A DNA stretch of 64,000 nucleotides from an uncultured Chloroflexia bacterium (GCA_963716815.1 CAVQUM010000022.1:42111-106110); one strand, 5' to 3'; positions 35,786-47,331 are shown, counted from the first letter of the stretch. The notes: generated by a model from the sequence alone, not told the origin. Program-made: numbers and translations.

Positions 35786-36901
35786 ATGGACCGCGCCGCC
35801 GCGCCGACCACGCCCGGCGGCACATTCCTGACCCGCGGCCACGACGCGGCACTCGCAGTCGTGGCCCGGGCCATCGAGGGCGAGTGCCCGCCGCACGCCT
35901 TGCTGCTGGTCGGCCCACACGGTGTGGGCAAGGCTACGCTCGCGCTCGATCTCGCAGCCGGCTTGCTTTGTCTGGCCGGTGAACCGGCGCTGCGTCCCTG
36001 CCGTGACTGCAGCGCCTGCCGCAAGGTCGCGGCCGATGGTCACCCTGACCTGCATCTCGTCGAGCCGGAGGGCGCGGGCGAGCAGATCCGCATCGGGCAG
36101 GTCCAACAGCTGGTTACCGACCTGTCGCTCACGGCCATGGAGGGGCGTTTCCGCGTCGCGGTCATCAGCGCCGCCCAGCGGCTGAACCTCGACGCGCAGA
36201 ACGCCCTGCTCAAGACGCTCGAGGAACCAGGCCCGGCCACCTGCCTCGTCCTCTGCGCGGACGACGCCGCGCCGCTGCTGCCGACCGTGCTTTCGCGTTC
36301 CGCGCGGCTGCGCCTGGCGCCCCTCCCGATCGAGACCCTGACCACGCAGCTGGTCGATGGTGGCCACGCCGAGCCGTCCCAGGCTCGGGCGCTGGCCATC
36401 GCTGCTGCCGGTTGTCCCGGCCTGGCAATCCGACTGGCCTCCCGACCGGAGGCCGTGATAGCGCGCGCACGCATCAGCCGGACGTTGCTCGAGCTGGCCG
36501 CGGCTGACCGCCGCACCCGCCTCGGCGCCGCCGCGGAACTCATCGGCGACGCGGCTGCGCTCGATGCCGCCCTGCGCGGGGAGGTAGCGCCTACGGCGTC
36601 CCGCCTGCAGCCGGTCGAGCGGCGACGGGCGGTCCATCTCATCATCGAGGTCTGGCGCGGCGTCGGCCGTGACCTCGCGCTCGCAGCACGTGGTCAGGGA
36701 CGGGGCGTCCGCGACCTCGATCAGCTCGAGGACCTGCTGGCCCTGGGTTCGCGCCTCGACCCCGTAGCGCTGCATCGCTTCTTCGATCGCCTCGATCGCC
36801 TGACCGTGGCCGTGGAGGGCTACGCCAGCCCCGAGCTCACGCTCGACGTCCTGCTCCTGACCTGGCCGCGACCGAGCCGATCGAAGGCGCGCGTGGCATG
36901 A
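35786..36901 (+). CDS. holB: DNA polymerase III subunit delta-prime
   Basis: HALLLVGPHGVGK, CxxCxxC zinc module, HPD, QNALLKTLEEP, LLPTVLSR. Confidence 0.88.
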   Translation: MDRAAAPTTPGGTFLTRGHDAALAVVARAIEGECPPHALLLVGPHGVGKATLALDLAAGLLCLAGEPALRPCRDCSACRKVAADGHPDLHLVEPEGAGEQIRIGQVQQLVTDLSLTAMEGRFRVAVISAAQRLNLDAQNALLKTLEEPGPATCLVLCADDAAPLLPTVLSRSARLRLAPLPIETLTTQLVDGGHAEPSQARALAIAAAGCPGLAIRLASRPEAVIARARISRTLLELAAADRRTRLGAAAELIGDAAALDAALRGEVAPTASRLQPVERRRAVHLIIEVWRGVGRDLALAARGQGRGVRDLDQLEDLLALGSRLDPVALHRFFDRLDRLTVAVEGYASPELTLDVLLLTWPRPSRSKARVA

Positions 36902-37200
36902 ACTCCGCGGACACCCGCCTGGTAGCGGTCGTACGCGGCTACGTGCAGGGAGTCGGCTACCGCTGGTTCGTCGAGCGCGAAGCCGCCCGCCTCGGGCTCG
37001 CCGGCTGGGTGGCCAACCGCGCCGACGGTTCGGTCGAGGTCGTGGCCGAGGGACCCGACGATGCGCTCAGCCAGCTGGTGCTCGAGCTGTGGGAGGGACC
37101 CGCGGGCTCGTCCGTCAGCGAGGTCGAGGTCCGCCATGAGCCGGCCCGCGGCAACATCATCGGCTTCACCATCCGCAGCGGTGCCCATCGCGGCGACTGA
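36898..37200 (+). CDS. acyP: Acylphosphatase
   Basis: GYVQGVGYR, GWVANRADGSVE, GP. Confidence 0.93.
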   Translation: MNSADTRLVAVVRGYVQGVGYRWFVEREAARLGLAGWVANRADGSVEVVAEGPDDALSQLVLELWEGPAGSSVSEVEVRHEPARGNIIGFTIRSGAHRGD

Positions 37201-37251
37201 CCCGGCGGCGGCCTGTTAGATTCGGCCACCCCAAGTTCCCGAGGAGACCCC

Positions 37252-37680
37252 ATGGCGCTCACGACACAGGAGAAGCGGGCCAAGCTCGAGGCCGTGCCGC
37301 TCTTTCGCGGCTGCAGCAGCGAAGTCCTCGACCAGCTCGCCCTGGTCACGGCCGAGTACGAGTTCCCCGATGCCGCGCCCATCGTGCAGCAGGGCCAGGT
37401 CGGCAACGGCCTCTACCTCGTCTTCTCGGGCGGCGTGCGCATCGTGGCCGGCGTGGAGGAGCTGGCGCGCTTCGGTCCCGGCGACTTCTTCGGTGAGCTC
37501 TCGGTCATCGACCAGCAGCCACGGACGGCTTCGGCCTTCGCCCTCGGCCCGACGGTCTGTCTCGCGTTGGCTTCCTGGGATCTGATGGCGGTCCTCGAGC
37601 GGGAGCCGCAGACCGCCATGAACATGCTCCGGGAGCTGGCCAGTCGCCTGCGTCAGGCCGACAGCCAACTGCGGCACTAG
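37252..37680 (+). CDS. Stand-alone cyclic-nucleotide-binding domain protein
   Basis: VPLF, QGQVG, GDFFGELS..PRTASA; no HTH. Confidence 0.9.
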   Translation: MALTTQEKRAKLEAVPLFRGCSSEVLDQLALVTAEYEFPDAAPIVQQGQVGNGLYLVFSGGVRIVAGVEELARFGPGDFFGELSVIDQQPRTASAFALGPTVCLALASWDLMAVLEREPQTAMNMLRELASRLRQADSQLRH

Positions 37681-37706
37681 CACTACGGACCGGAGGACGT
37701 GACGGC

Positions 37707-38123
37707 ATGAACCAGGCACCGGTCCTCGACGCCCTCGCTGGCTTGGCGCTCTTCTCGGACCTCGACCGACCCCAGTTGCAGGCGATCGCCCACACCATGT
37801 CGGAGGAGTCCTTCCCCGCGGGCCAGCGCATCCTGCGCCAGGGTTTCTCCGGCGGCGGCTTCTTCATCATCCTCGAGGGCGAGGTCGCGGTCCGCGTCGA
37901 CGGCGACGACGTGGCCGGTCTGGGCAAGGGCGACTTCTTCGGTGAGATCTCGCTGCTGCTGGGTGAATCGCCCATCGCCGACGTGGTCGCGACCACGTCG
38001 GTGCGGGCGTTGCAGCTGGCCGGTCCCGACCTGCGCGACTTCCTGCTGGCCTACCCCACGGTGATGTACCGCATGCTGCAAGCGGTGAGCCGTCGGCTCG
38101 ACCGCGCCAACCGCCGCAGCTAG
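37707..38123 (+). CDS. Stand-alone cyclic-nucleotide-binding domain protein, degenerate phosphate-binding cassette
   Basis: LF..L, GDFFGEISLLLGESPIADV (no Arg). Confidence 0.88.
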   Translation: MNQAPVLDALAGLALFSDLDRPQLQAIAHTMSEESFPAGQRILRQGFSGGGFFIILEGEVAVRVDGDDVAGLGKGDFFGEISLLLGESPIADVVATTSVRALQLAGPDLRDFLLAYPTVMYRMLQAVSRRLDRANRRS

Positions 38124-38127
38124 GGCC

Positions 38128-39642
38128 ATGAGCACACAGCGCGATCGCGCGGGTCGGCCCTGCGGGCCGGGTGAGTACGGCGCGGTCGTCGTCGGCTCGG
38201 GACCCGGTGGCCTGCAGGTCTCCTACTACCTCTCTCGCCTGGGCATCGACCACGCGGTCATCTCGGCCGATCCGGCTCCCGGAGGCATGTTCCGCCAGTT
38301 CCCGTTCTTCCAGCGGCTGCTGTCGTGGACCAAGCCGCATGCGGGCCACGTCCACGGCTCACGCGAGTACGAGCGCTACGACTTCAACAGCCTCGTCGCC
38401 TTCGAGCCGGAGAACCGGGCGGTGATGCCCGGGCTCATGGACGGCAGCTCGGAGTTCCCCTCGCGCGCGGAGATGGAAGCGGGCCTGGTCGAGTTCGTCG
38501 GGCGCACCGGCCTGCGTGTGCGCTACGAGACGCCCTGGCAGGGCACCTCGCGCGACGGCGAGCTGTTCGTGCTGCACACGCCCGCGGGCGAGTACCGCAC
38601 GCGCGTACCGATCTTCTCGGTGGGCATCGCCGAGCCGAGCACGCCCGACGACATCCCCGGCATCGAGCACGCGGCGCACTACGTCGACACGCGCGAGGCT
38701 TCCACCTACGCGGGTGCGCGGCTCTTCATCATGGGCAAGGCCAACTCCGGCTTCGAGCTGGCCAGCGGCCTGCTGCAGTGGGCCAGCCCCATCATCCTGG
38801 CCTCGCCCCGGCCGGCCCAGCTCTCGGTCAACCTGCATTCGCTCGGGGGCGTGCGGGCTCGCTACCTGCAGCCCTGGGAGGACGCCGACCTGGGCGGCGG
38901 TGTCTTCATCCTCGACGCTGCCATCGAGCGGCTGGAGCGGCACGAGCGCGGGATCGCCGTGCACACGCGGCGCTCGGACAACGCCGAGCCGTTCGTGGCC
39001 GAGGTCGACGAGGTCATCGCCGCCACGGGCTTCACCGCACCCCTCGGCGATCTGCCCGAGTTGGGCTTGAGCACCTTCGGACGGAGCGGCCTGCCCGCCA
39101 TGACCAACCACTACGAATCGGCCACGCTGCCGGGCGTCTTCTTCGCGGGCACCATCACGCAGGGCGTGTCGGGTCTCAAGAAGTACGGCATCCCGGCCAA
39201 CTCCGGTGCCGTCCATGGGCACCGCTACAACGCGCGCCTGGCCGTGGACGAGATCGCGGCCCGCTACTTCGGGATCGCCCGTCCGCGCCCGGAGGTGGCA
39301 CCCGACGACGTCGTGGAGCGGCTGCTGACGTCGGCCTCGGCGGCCCCGGAGCTGTGGCATCAGAAGTCGTATCTGGCCCACGCGCTCTCGCGCGACCCTG
39401 ATGGCCGCATCCGTGATGACGGCATCGTCTCGCTGGCCGAGTACGTGGATACCGAGGGGCCCGATGGCGTGGCCATCACCGTCGAGGCGGACGACCGGGG
39501 CAGCATCCATCCCGCCGTCTACGTCCGTCGCCGCGGGCGCGTCGACGCTGATGCCGTGCTCGACCCTGGCCCGCTGACGGAGTACCGCACGGCCGGGCAC
39601 CGGAGCCAACTGCGGGCGCTCGTAGGAGACGTGCTGGGGTAG
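38128..39642 (+). CDS. FAD/NAD(P)-dependent oxidoreductase
   Basis: VGSGPGGLQ FAD motif, MGKANSGFE second dinucleotide motif, ATGF, FFAGT. Confidence 0.88.
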   Translation: MSTQRDRAGRPCGPGEYGAVVVGSGPGGLQVSYYLSRLGIDHAVISADPAPGGMFRQFPFFQRLLSWTKPHAGHVHGSREYERYDFNSLVAFEPENRAVMPGLMDGSSEFPSRAEMEAGLVEFVGRTGLRVRYETPWQGTSRDGELFVLHTPAGEYRTRVPIFSVGIAEPSTPDDIPGIEHAAHYVDTREASTYAGARLFIMGKANSGFELASGLLQWASPIILASPRPAQLSVNLHSLGGVRARYLQPWEDADLGGGVFILDAAIERLERHERGIAVHTRRSDNAEPFVAEVDEVIAATGFTAPLGDLPELGLSTFGRSGLPAMTNHYESATLPGVFFAGTITQGVSGLKKYGIPANSGAVHGHRYNARLAVDEIAARYFGIARPRPEVAPDDVVERLLTSASAAPELWHQKSYLAHALSRDPDGRIRDDGIVSLAEYVDTEGPDGVAITVEADDRGSIHPAVYVRRRGRVDADAVLDPGPLTEYRTAGHRSQLRALVGDVLG

Positions 39643-39689
39643 CGTCGGCCGCGTCGGCTTGACCCGGCCACTGCTATCGTTCGACCCCG

Positions 39690-42600
39690 ATGGACTTCCG
39701 AATCGCGCGTCCCGCTCGTGACCGGTATGGGTTCGAGGAGAGCCTCTTCTCGAGCGACGGTGACGCGGTCGTCTTTGATCCCACACGTGCCTTGGCCCTG
39801 GCTGAGCGCTTCGTCGACGATGACGTCGACCGCGCCCGCGTCGCCTCGGAGGTCGCCGCGATCGGACTCATCCACGAGCTCGGACACCGGGCCGTGGCCG
39901 TGGAGCGCCGGGCCGACCCGAGTGGCGGGGGCCCCATGGCGCGCGGACTCGGCGCTCTCGACACGCGCATCGGCGCCGACGAGGTCGACCGTGGGCTCAT
40001 CGCCTACGAGGACGCCTTTCCGGCCCTGCCGGTCTACCGCGACGAGGTCGAGCCCGACGAGTGGTTGGCGCGGGCCAAGGGCCAGGTTCCCGGCCGCGAG
40101 GCGGCGCTCGAGGAGTTGGCGCTCACCGGCATCGCCGCGCGCAACCCCGCGGCCGCGGCCTATCGCGAACTGACCTCGCACCGCTCCCTCGACGAAGCCG
40201 CGCAGAAGCAACTGCTCGACGGACTCTCCGGCCGCGACCTCGAGCCCGACGATCCCGCGCTCGCAGAGCAAGGCTCCCGCACGCACCCTCTGGCAGCGCC
40301 TGGCCGAGCCCATGGAGGCCGCACCGCAGTCGCTCGCGGCCCAGCTGCGCTGGATCCGTGTCCACTGGGCCGGCTGGCTCGATGATGCCGACCTGCTGCA
40401 CATCGATCGACAGCTGGGCGTGCTCGACGAGATCGACCGCGCCGCCTGGCTGCGAGCGCAAGGTGCCGGAGGGGCCGGTGGCCAGGCCGATCCGGCCGCG
40501 CTCTCGGGCTTCGGTGGCCTCGATGACGAGCCCGAGGCCTTCAGCGCCGACCGCGACTGGATGGCCGAGCTCGTGCTGGTGGCCAAGTCGACCTACGTCT
40601 GGCTCTCGCAGCTCTCGCGTGACTACGGACGCGAGATCAATCGCCTCGACCAGATCCCCGACGAGGAGCTCGACCAGTTGCGCGCCCGTGGCTTCACCGG
40701 CCTGTGGCTCATCGGCCTGTGGGAGCGCAGCGCGGCCTCGCAGAAGATCAAGCAATGGCGCGGCAATCCCGACGCCATGGCCTCGGCCTACTCGGTGGCC
40801 GACTACCGCATCGCCAACGAGCTCGGTGGCGATGCCGCCTGGGAGAACCTGCGTGACCGGGCCTTGGCGCGCGGCATCCGCCTCGCGGCCGACATGGTGC
40901 CCAACCACATGGGCATCGATTCGACCTGGGTGGTGGAGCGGCCCGATCTCTTCATCTCCTCGCCTTTTCCACCGTTCCCGGCCTACTCCTTCACCGGCGC
41001 CGACCTCTCGAGCGACGATCGCGTGGCCATCCAGCTCGAGGACCACTACTGGGATGCGTCCGACGCAGCCGTGGTCTTCAAGCGTACCGACAAGGCGTCT
41101 GGAGAGGAGCGCTACATCTATCACGGCAACGACGGCACCAGCTTCCCGTGGAACGACACAGCCCAGCTCGACTACGTGCGGGCGGAGGTGCGCGAGGCCG
41201 TCATCGGTCAGATCCTGGAGGTCGCCCGCCGCTTCCATGTCATCCGTTTCGACGCTGCCATGGTCCTCGCTCGGCGGCACATCCAGCGCTTGTGGTATCC
41301 ACAGCCGGGTCACGAAGCCGGCATCCCCTCGCGCTCGAGCGCGGCCGTTCCGGCTGACGAGCTGCGCCGCCTGATGCCCCAGGAGTTCTGGCGGGAGGTC
41401 GTCGACCGGGTGGCCCAGGAAGTGCCGGACACGCTCCTGCTGGCCGAGGCCTTCTGGCTGATGGAGGGCTACTTCGTGCGCACGCTGGGTATGCACCGCG
41501 TGTACAACAGCGCCTTCATGCACATGCTGCGTGACGAGAAGAACGCGCAGTACCAGCAGGTCATCCGCGAGACCGTGAGCTTCGACGCGCGCATCCTCGG
41601 CCGCTACGTGAACTTCATGAACAACCCGGACGAGCGCTCAGCGGTGGATCAGTTCGGTAGCGATGATAAGTACTTCGGCGTGGCCACGCTGCTGGCGACA
41701 CTGCCGGGCTTGCCCATGTTCGGCCACGGCCAGTTCGAGGGCTACAGCGAGCAGTACGGCATGGAGTTCCGCCGGCCCCAGCGCGATGAGTGGCCGGTTG
41801 ACTGGCTGGTCGACCGGCACCGCCGCGAGATCAGCCCCCTGCTGCACGAGCGCTGGCGCTTCTCCGGTGCCGCCGGCTTCCGGCAGTTGACCGCACTCGA
41901 GGGCGGCGGGCTCACGCACGACGTCTTCGCCTTCGCCAACCACGCTGAGCAGGCACCGCGGGGTGCGTCCGAACGCCGCTCGCTGGTGATCTACCTCAAC
42001 CGCTACCCCCGAGCCCACGTGCGCATCCCAGGGGTGGCCGAGGCGCTGAGGCTCGGCCACGACCCCGACGGCTTCGTCATCCTGCGCGATCGACGTACCG
42101 GCCTCGACTTCCTGCGCCAGTTGCGAGATCTGCGCGAGAACGGTCTGGAGATGTCGCTCGACGGCTACGGTTGCCACGTCTTCCTCGCCTTCGAGGAGGT
42201 CAGCGATGCCGGTGGCGTCGGCTGGAGTGAACTGGCTGGGCGGGCGGGCCTGTCCGGGATGCCCGATGCCCACCTGGCCCTTCGGCGCATGCGCGATGAG
42301 CCCCTGCGCGAGGCCGTGGCCGTGGTCTTCGCCACGCAGGCCGCGGGCGAGGCCTTCCTGCCCGAGCTGCGCAGCGATCCGGACACACAGGCCGGTGCCG
42401 ACGCTGCCCGTGCCAGTTTGGCGGCCGCTCTCCACCGGCTGGCCGTCGTCGCTGGGTCCGACGAAGATACCGTTAGTGTGGCTTACGATGTTTCACGCCT
42501 GGTCGCGCGAGTTCGCGCCGTGCGACCGCGGCTGCTGGCGCAGGCCCTGGCCGGCTGGTCGCTCTTTGACACGGTCGGTCATCTCGCATGCGGGGACGAT

Positions 42601-43008
42601 ACCGAACGCACCGTGGCTGCCTTCGTCGAGTGGGACGGGGCCGCGGCTGTGGGCGACCTGGCCCGTCGCGCCGGTACCACTGATGCCCAGGCCTGGCGTG
42701 CCGCCGAGCTGGCCCGCGCGCTGCTGGGCGTGGCGCCCGGGGCACTCATCGAGGCCGTGGACGCGCCTGGCCTGCCGCTGCCCTGGTTCGAGTCCGAGGC
42801 CGTGCGCGCAGCCTGTGGCTGGAACGAGTGGGAAGGCCACACCTTCCTCTCGGCCGAGGCCTGGGACGAGTTCGTCGACGCCGTGGCGGAGCGCGAGATG
42901 CTGCTCGATCTGCCCGGCGCCAGCAGCGCCGCGGCCGAGCTCCGCCGTCGCGCGGCCGAGGCCGGCTATCGTCTGGACCCCCAGGACGAGCCCGCGCCCC
43001 ACGCATGA
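39690..43008 (+). CDS. Large GH13 alpha-amylase-family protein (frameshift near 40290)
   Basis: DMVPNH, IRFDAAM, LAEAFW and NNPDE conserved regions; N-terminal part in ORF 39690..40385. Confidence 0.85.
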
Positions 43009-43709
43009 GCGCCGATCGCCTGGGCGATCTGGTCGCTGACATCACCACCTGCCGCCGCTGTCCGCGGCTGGTCGCGTGGCGCGAACAGGTGGCCCGCACC
43101 AAGGTCGCGCGCTACCGCGACTCCGTCTACTGGGGACGGCCGGTGCCGGGGTTCGGCGGTCCGGATGCGCGCCTGCTGCTGGTCGGGCTGGCTCCGGCCG
43201 CTCACGGCGGCAACCGCAGCGGCCGCGTCTTCACCGGCGACAGCCGCGGCGTCTCGGGTGAACTGCTATTCGCGGCCCTGTACCGCGTGGGCTACTCACC
43301 GCGGCCACGTTCGGTCAGCGCAGGCGACGACCTGCGCCTTGACGACTGCTACATCACGGCCGTGAACCGTTGCGCGCCCCCGGCCAACAAGCCGACCACG
43401 GCCGAACGAGACGCCTGCCTGCCCTTCCTCGTGCGGGAGCTGCGGTTACTTCGCTCCGTCACGGTCATCCTGGCCCTGGGCGGCCTTGCCTGGGACGCGG
43501 CCTTGCGCGCGCTGGCCCATGAGGGCCACACCACCGCGCCCAAGCCCCGCTTCGGCCATGGCGCCGAGACCATGGTCGGTCCCTACGCGCTGCTCGGGTG
43601 CTACCACCCCAGCCAGCAGAACACCTTCACCGGGCGGCTCAGCCAGGGCATGGTCGATGAGGTGCTCCTCCGGGCGCGCACCCTGACCGCGCAGCTCGCT
43701 GCCGAATGA
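43005..43709 (+). CDS. Uracil-DNA glycosylase family 5 (UdgB-like)
   Basis: CRRCPRL, GLAPAAHGGNRSGRVFTGD, RCAPPANKP, YHPSQQN. Confidence 0.92.
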   Translation: MSADRLGDLVADITTCRRCPRLVAWREQVARTKVARYRDSVYWGRPVPGFGGPDARLLLVGLAPAAHGGNRSGRVFTGDSRGVSGELLFAALYRVGYSPRPRSVSAGDDLRLDDCYITAVNRCAPPANKPTTAERDACLPFLVRELRLLRSVTVILALGGLAWDAALRALAHEGHTTAPKPRFGHGAETMVGPYALLGCYHPSQQNTFTGRLSQGMVDEVLLRARTLTAQLAAE

Positions 43710-43821
43710 CTCCGGATGACATTCGGACACCATTGCGCTATACATAGCGCTCCGGTCGCAAGAGGGACGGCGAAGGACCATCTGGGGGCCCGACCGACAG
43801 ATCCCCGAGGAGGGCATCCAG

Positions 43822-45028
43822 ATGATTCCGAGGAAGTTCAGCACGCTCATCGGTGGCGTGGCCCTGACCGTGGCGCTGGCCGCTCCGGCGTTGGCCCAGG
43901 ACGCGACCGTCGAGGTGGTCGCCGATGGGCTCAACAACCCACGTGGTGTGAAGATCGCCGACGATGGCAGCGTCTATGTCGTCGAGGCCGGCACCGCCGG
44001 CGATGAGTGCATCGGTGAGGGCGACGAGGCCTTCTGCTTCGGGCTCACCGGGGCCGTCACCCGCGTCAGCGACGATGGCTCGGAGCGGGTCCTCGAGGGC
44101 CTGCCATCTGCCGGCATGGGGCCTGAGACCGGGGGCGTGTCCGACGTGGCGATGACGGCCGACGGATCGATGTACCTGATCATGAATCTGGGGGCGGACC
44201 CGGCCGAACGAGCCGGTATGCCGGAGGGCATGGCCAACGCCGGCTGGCTGATGAGGGTCGCCGACGATGGCACGCTCGAGCCGGTCGCTGATGTCGCCGC
44301 CTTCGAGAGTACGAACGACCCCGACGCGGAGATGGGCGGCGAGCTCGACTCCAACCCCTACGGCATCACCGCCACGGACGGAGGCATCGCCGTCGCGGAT
44401 GCAGGCGGCAACGACGTGCTGTTGGTCGGCGACGACGGCAGTGTCTCGCTCCTCGCCGTGATCGCGCCGACCTTGCACGAGTTCTCGGCCGAAGCGCTCG
44501 CGGCCATGGGTCCGCCGCCCGAAGGCGAGGGCGAGGCTCCGCCTGCCGAAGGCGAAGGCGAGGCCGCGCCGGCCGACGGCATGGTGCCGATCCCCGTGCA
44601 GGCGGTCCCGACCTCGATCACCGTCGGCCCGGACGATGCGCTCTACGTCGGCCAGCTGACGGGCGGACCATTCCCCGTCGGCGGTGCGAACGTGTACCGG
44701 ATCGTCGCCGGCGCCGAGCCCGAGGTCTACGCCAGCGGCTTCACCAACATCATGGGTCTTGGCTTCGGTCCCGACGGCACGCTGTACGTGGCCGAGATGG
44801 TGCACGACGGACTGATGACCGTCTTCGCCGGGGGCGAGGATGGCCCGCCGCCCGTCGGCGCCGTCCTGAGCGTCGCGCCGGGAGGCGGCGAGCCCACGCT
44901 GGTGGCCAGTGGCGATCGACTCATGGCACTCGGTGGCCTGGCGGTCGATGCCGACGGTGCGGTCTACGTCTCCACCGGCGCGATCATGGGCCCCGGCGGC
45001 GGCACGCTCGTCAAGATCGACCCCGTAA
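43822..45028 (+). CDS. Secreted ScyD/ScyE-family beta-propeller protein
   Basis: Signal peptide, GLNNPRG, DSNPY, DAGGN, QAVPT..GPD.ALYVG.LTG.PF; true stop probably TAA 45026 after a 1-nt error, since a terminator follows. Confidence 0.8.
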
Positions 45029-45064
45029 CCACGCCCGGCGAACGACCGGGGCCGACAAGAGGAA

Positions 45065-45096
45065 CGACGGCCCGCCCCTTGAGGCGGGCCGTCGTC
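45065..45096. terminator. Bidirectional hairpin between convergent genes
   Basis: GACGGCCCGCC-CCTTGA-GGCGGGCCGTC. Confidence 0.6.
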
Positions 45097-45110
45097 CTGT
45101 GTCCCGGGGT

Positions 45111-45965
45111 TCAGCGCTGCAGGTGGCGGAAGTTGGGCCAGAGCGAGAGATCGAGGTCGGGAGCGTAGGTGAGCAGCTCGCGCACGTCGACCTCGAGCGT
45201 CTCGACCAGGTCGGCCGGTTCGTCGAGCGCGGCCGGGGAAGGGCGCCTGGTCGAGACGTTGTAGGCCTTGCCCAGGATCTCCGGTGGTGGGGTCCAGGCC
45301 GGCAGGCCCAGGAAGTCGAGCGTACGCTGGTATTGACCCGCGGGGTCCTGCAGGCACTGCTCGAACTGCAGGATGAGTATCTGCTCGCGGCCGAACGCCT
45401 CCACGTACGGGCGCAGGGCGAAGCCGTAGAAGGAGCGGGCGTAGGCATCCTTGCGGCCGGCCCACAGGTTCAGCCGCTTGCCGCGCCGCTCCTTGTGCTT
45501 CTGCCACTGGCCCACGCCGGAGCGATAGCGCTCTACCGGGTCGCGCAGCAGCACCAGCAGCTTGGCCTCCGGGGCCAGCGCCTTCATGGCCTCGACCACG
45601 CCAGGCACGTTCATGTAGCGCGGCGTCCACTCGCCGATCATCTTCCCCTGCGGCCGCGGGAAGTAGCGGTAGTAGGCCTCACGGTCGGCGTCGAACAGCG
45701 GCCGCCAGCCGAAGCGACTCAACTGGTGCGTCTCCTTGAGCCGCCAGCCGGCGACGTCGGGGTGCTTGACGATGAGCTTCCACCAGCGGGTGGTGCCGGC
45801 CTTCTGCACGCCGATGCCGATGTAGTCGGGCGGACCGGTGACCCAGCCTTCCTTCATCGGCGGAGGCGGGGTGCCGTGCTCGTCCCGAGGCACGCCGGTG
45901 GCGTTGGGTGCAGCCCCCGAACCTCGGGGGCGCAGGAGGCGTCGCAGGCGTCGCTTGATGCTCAT
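45111..45965 (-). CDS. PAPS-dependent sulfotransferase
   Basis: PDYIGIGVQKAGTT (5-prime PSB), KETH, GEWTPRY, LLRDPVERYRS (3-prime PB). Confidence 0.88.
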   Translation of the reverse strand: MSIKRRLRRLLRPRGSGAAPNATGVPRDEHGTPPPPMKEGWVTGPPDYIGIGVQKAGTTRWWKLIVKHPDVAGWRLKETHQLSRFGWRPLFDADREAYYRYFPRPQGKMIGEWTPRYMNVPGVVEAMKALAPEAKLLVLLRDPVERYRSGVGQWQKHKERRGKRLNLWAGRKDAYARSFYGFALRPYVEAFGREQILILQFEQCLQDPAGQYQRTLDFLGLPAWTPPPEILGKAYNVSTRRPSPAALDEPADLVETLEVDVRELLTYAPDLDLSLWPNFRHLQR

Positions 45966-46022
45966 CGTCCGCGAGTGTGCCACGACCGACGCCCGACGCG
46001 TCACAGCCTAGACTCGGGCTGC

Positions 46023-47324
46023 ATGCACCGGTTCCGATCGATGGCCGCGCTACTGCGGCGCAATCCCGACTTCGCGCGCCTGTACCTGGCCCTGCTCATC
46101 GCCTTCGCTGCCGACTGGTTCGCCACCGTGGCGCTCATCGACCTCGTCCTCGAGACGACCGATTCGACGGCCGCGGCCTCGCTCATCCTGGTGCTGCAGA
46201 TGGCGCCGTTCCTGCTGGCCACGCCGATCGCCGGCATGCTCGCCGACCGCTTCGACCGGCGCTACATGCTCGCCGGCGCCAACGTCGCCCGGGGCATCAT
46301 CTGTATCGGCCTGCTCTTCGCGGTCGACGCCGAGACCGTCCCGGTCGCCTTCGCGGTGGTGGGCCTGCTGGCCTTCGGTGCGGCCTTCTTCGAGCCCACC
46401 GTCAGCGCCTCGCTGCCCAACCTCGTGGACCGCGCGGACCTGCCCACGGCCAACGCCCTCATCGGCTCGGCCTGGGGCACGATGGTCGCCTTCGGCGCCG
46501 CGCTCGGTGGGATCGTGGCCGCTACGGTCGGGCGCGAGGTCACCTTCCTCATGTACCCGCTGCTGTTCTTCGCCTCGGGTGCCCTGGTGTGGTCGGTCAA
46601 GCGCTCCATGCGCGAGGAGCACGCGGCCGCGCCCGAAGACGCACCGCACGGTCTCGCTGGCCTCGTCTCCACGGTCACCGAGACGGTCGCTCTCGCGCGG
46701 CGGGACCACGCGGTGGCATCGCTGTTGCTGACCAAGCCGACCTTCGGCGTGGCCACCGGCATCGTGCACATGCTGGCCATCACCAGCGACGACATCTGGG
46801 GTGCGGGGCAACTGGGCGTGGGACTCCTCTTCGCCGCGCGCGGCCTGGGCGCGCTGGTGGGGCCGTTCGCGGCGCGCACCTTCGCGGTCGACGACATGAC
46901 ACGCCTGCTGCGGGGCATCAGCCTCTCCTTCGTCATCTACCTCGTGGGCTATGCGCTCCTGCCGCTCTCACCCTTCATCTGGGCTGCCGCGGTATTCGTC
47001 TTCGTCGGGCATCTCGGTGGGGGAGCCCAGTGGACGCTTTCCTCGTTCGGTCTGCAGCGGACCACGCCGGACCGCGTGCGCGGTCGTGTCTTCGCGGTCG
47101 ACTTCGGCCTGGCCTTGGCCATCTCTTCGATCTCGACCTTGACCGCAGGTTGGCTGGCCGGGGTCATCGGCCCGCTGCCCACGCTCTACGTGATGCTCGG
47201 CGCCATGGCCGTCACCGTGGCGGTCTGGTTCTGGTGGACGGCACCCGTGCGGCGCGGCCGCAGCGTGCCCCAGCAGGAGGTGGACGAGCCGACGCCGCAC
47301 GCAGCGCCGGAGCCACCGCTCTGA
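46023..47324 (+). CDS. MFS transporter
   Basis: About 12 TM segments, GMLADRFDRR motif A, RGRVFA. Confidence 0.9.
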   Translation: MHRFRSMAALLRRNPDFARLYLALLIAFAADWFATVALIDLVLETTDSTAAASLILVLQMAPFLLATPIAGMLADRFDRRYMLAGANVARGIICIGLLFAVDAETVPVAFAVVGLLAFGAAFFEPTVSASLPNLVDRADLPTANALIGSAWGTMVAFGAALGGIVAATVGREVTFLMYPLLFFASGALVWSVKRSMREEHAAAPEDAPHGLAGLVSTVTETVALARRDHAVASLLLTKPTFGVATGIVHMLAITSDDIWGAGQLGVGLLFAARGLGALVGPFAARTFAVDDMTRLLRGISLSFVIYLVGYALLPLSPFIWAAAVFVFVGHLGGGAQWTLSSFGLQRTTPDRVRGRVFAVDFGLALAISSISTLTAGWLAGVIGPLPTLYVMLGAMAVTVAVWFWWTAPVRRGRSVPQQEVDEPTPHAAPEPPL

Positions 47325-47331
47325 GTCGGGC

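Noticed and set aside
34931-36775. Long antisense or alternative-frame ORFs (for example 34931..36775, 43738..45630, 7636..9249)
   Set aside because: These are shadow ORFs expected at very high GC, opposite well-supported genes, with no recognisable motifs
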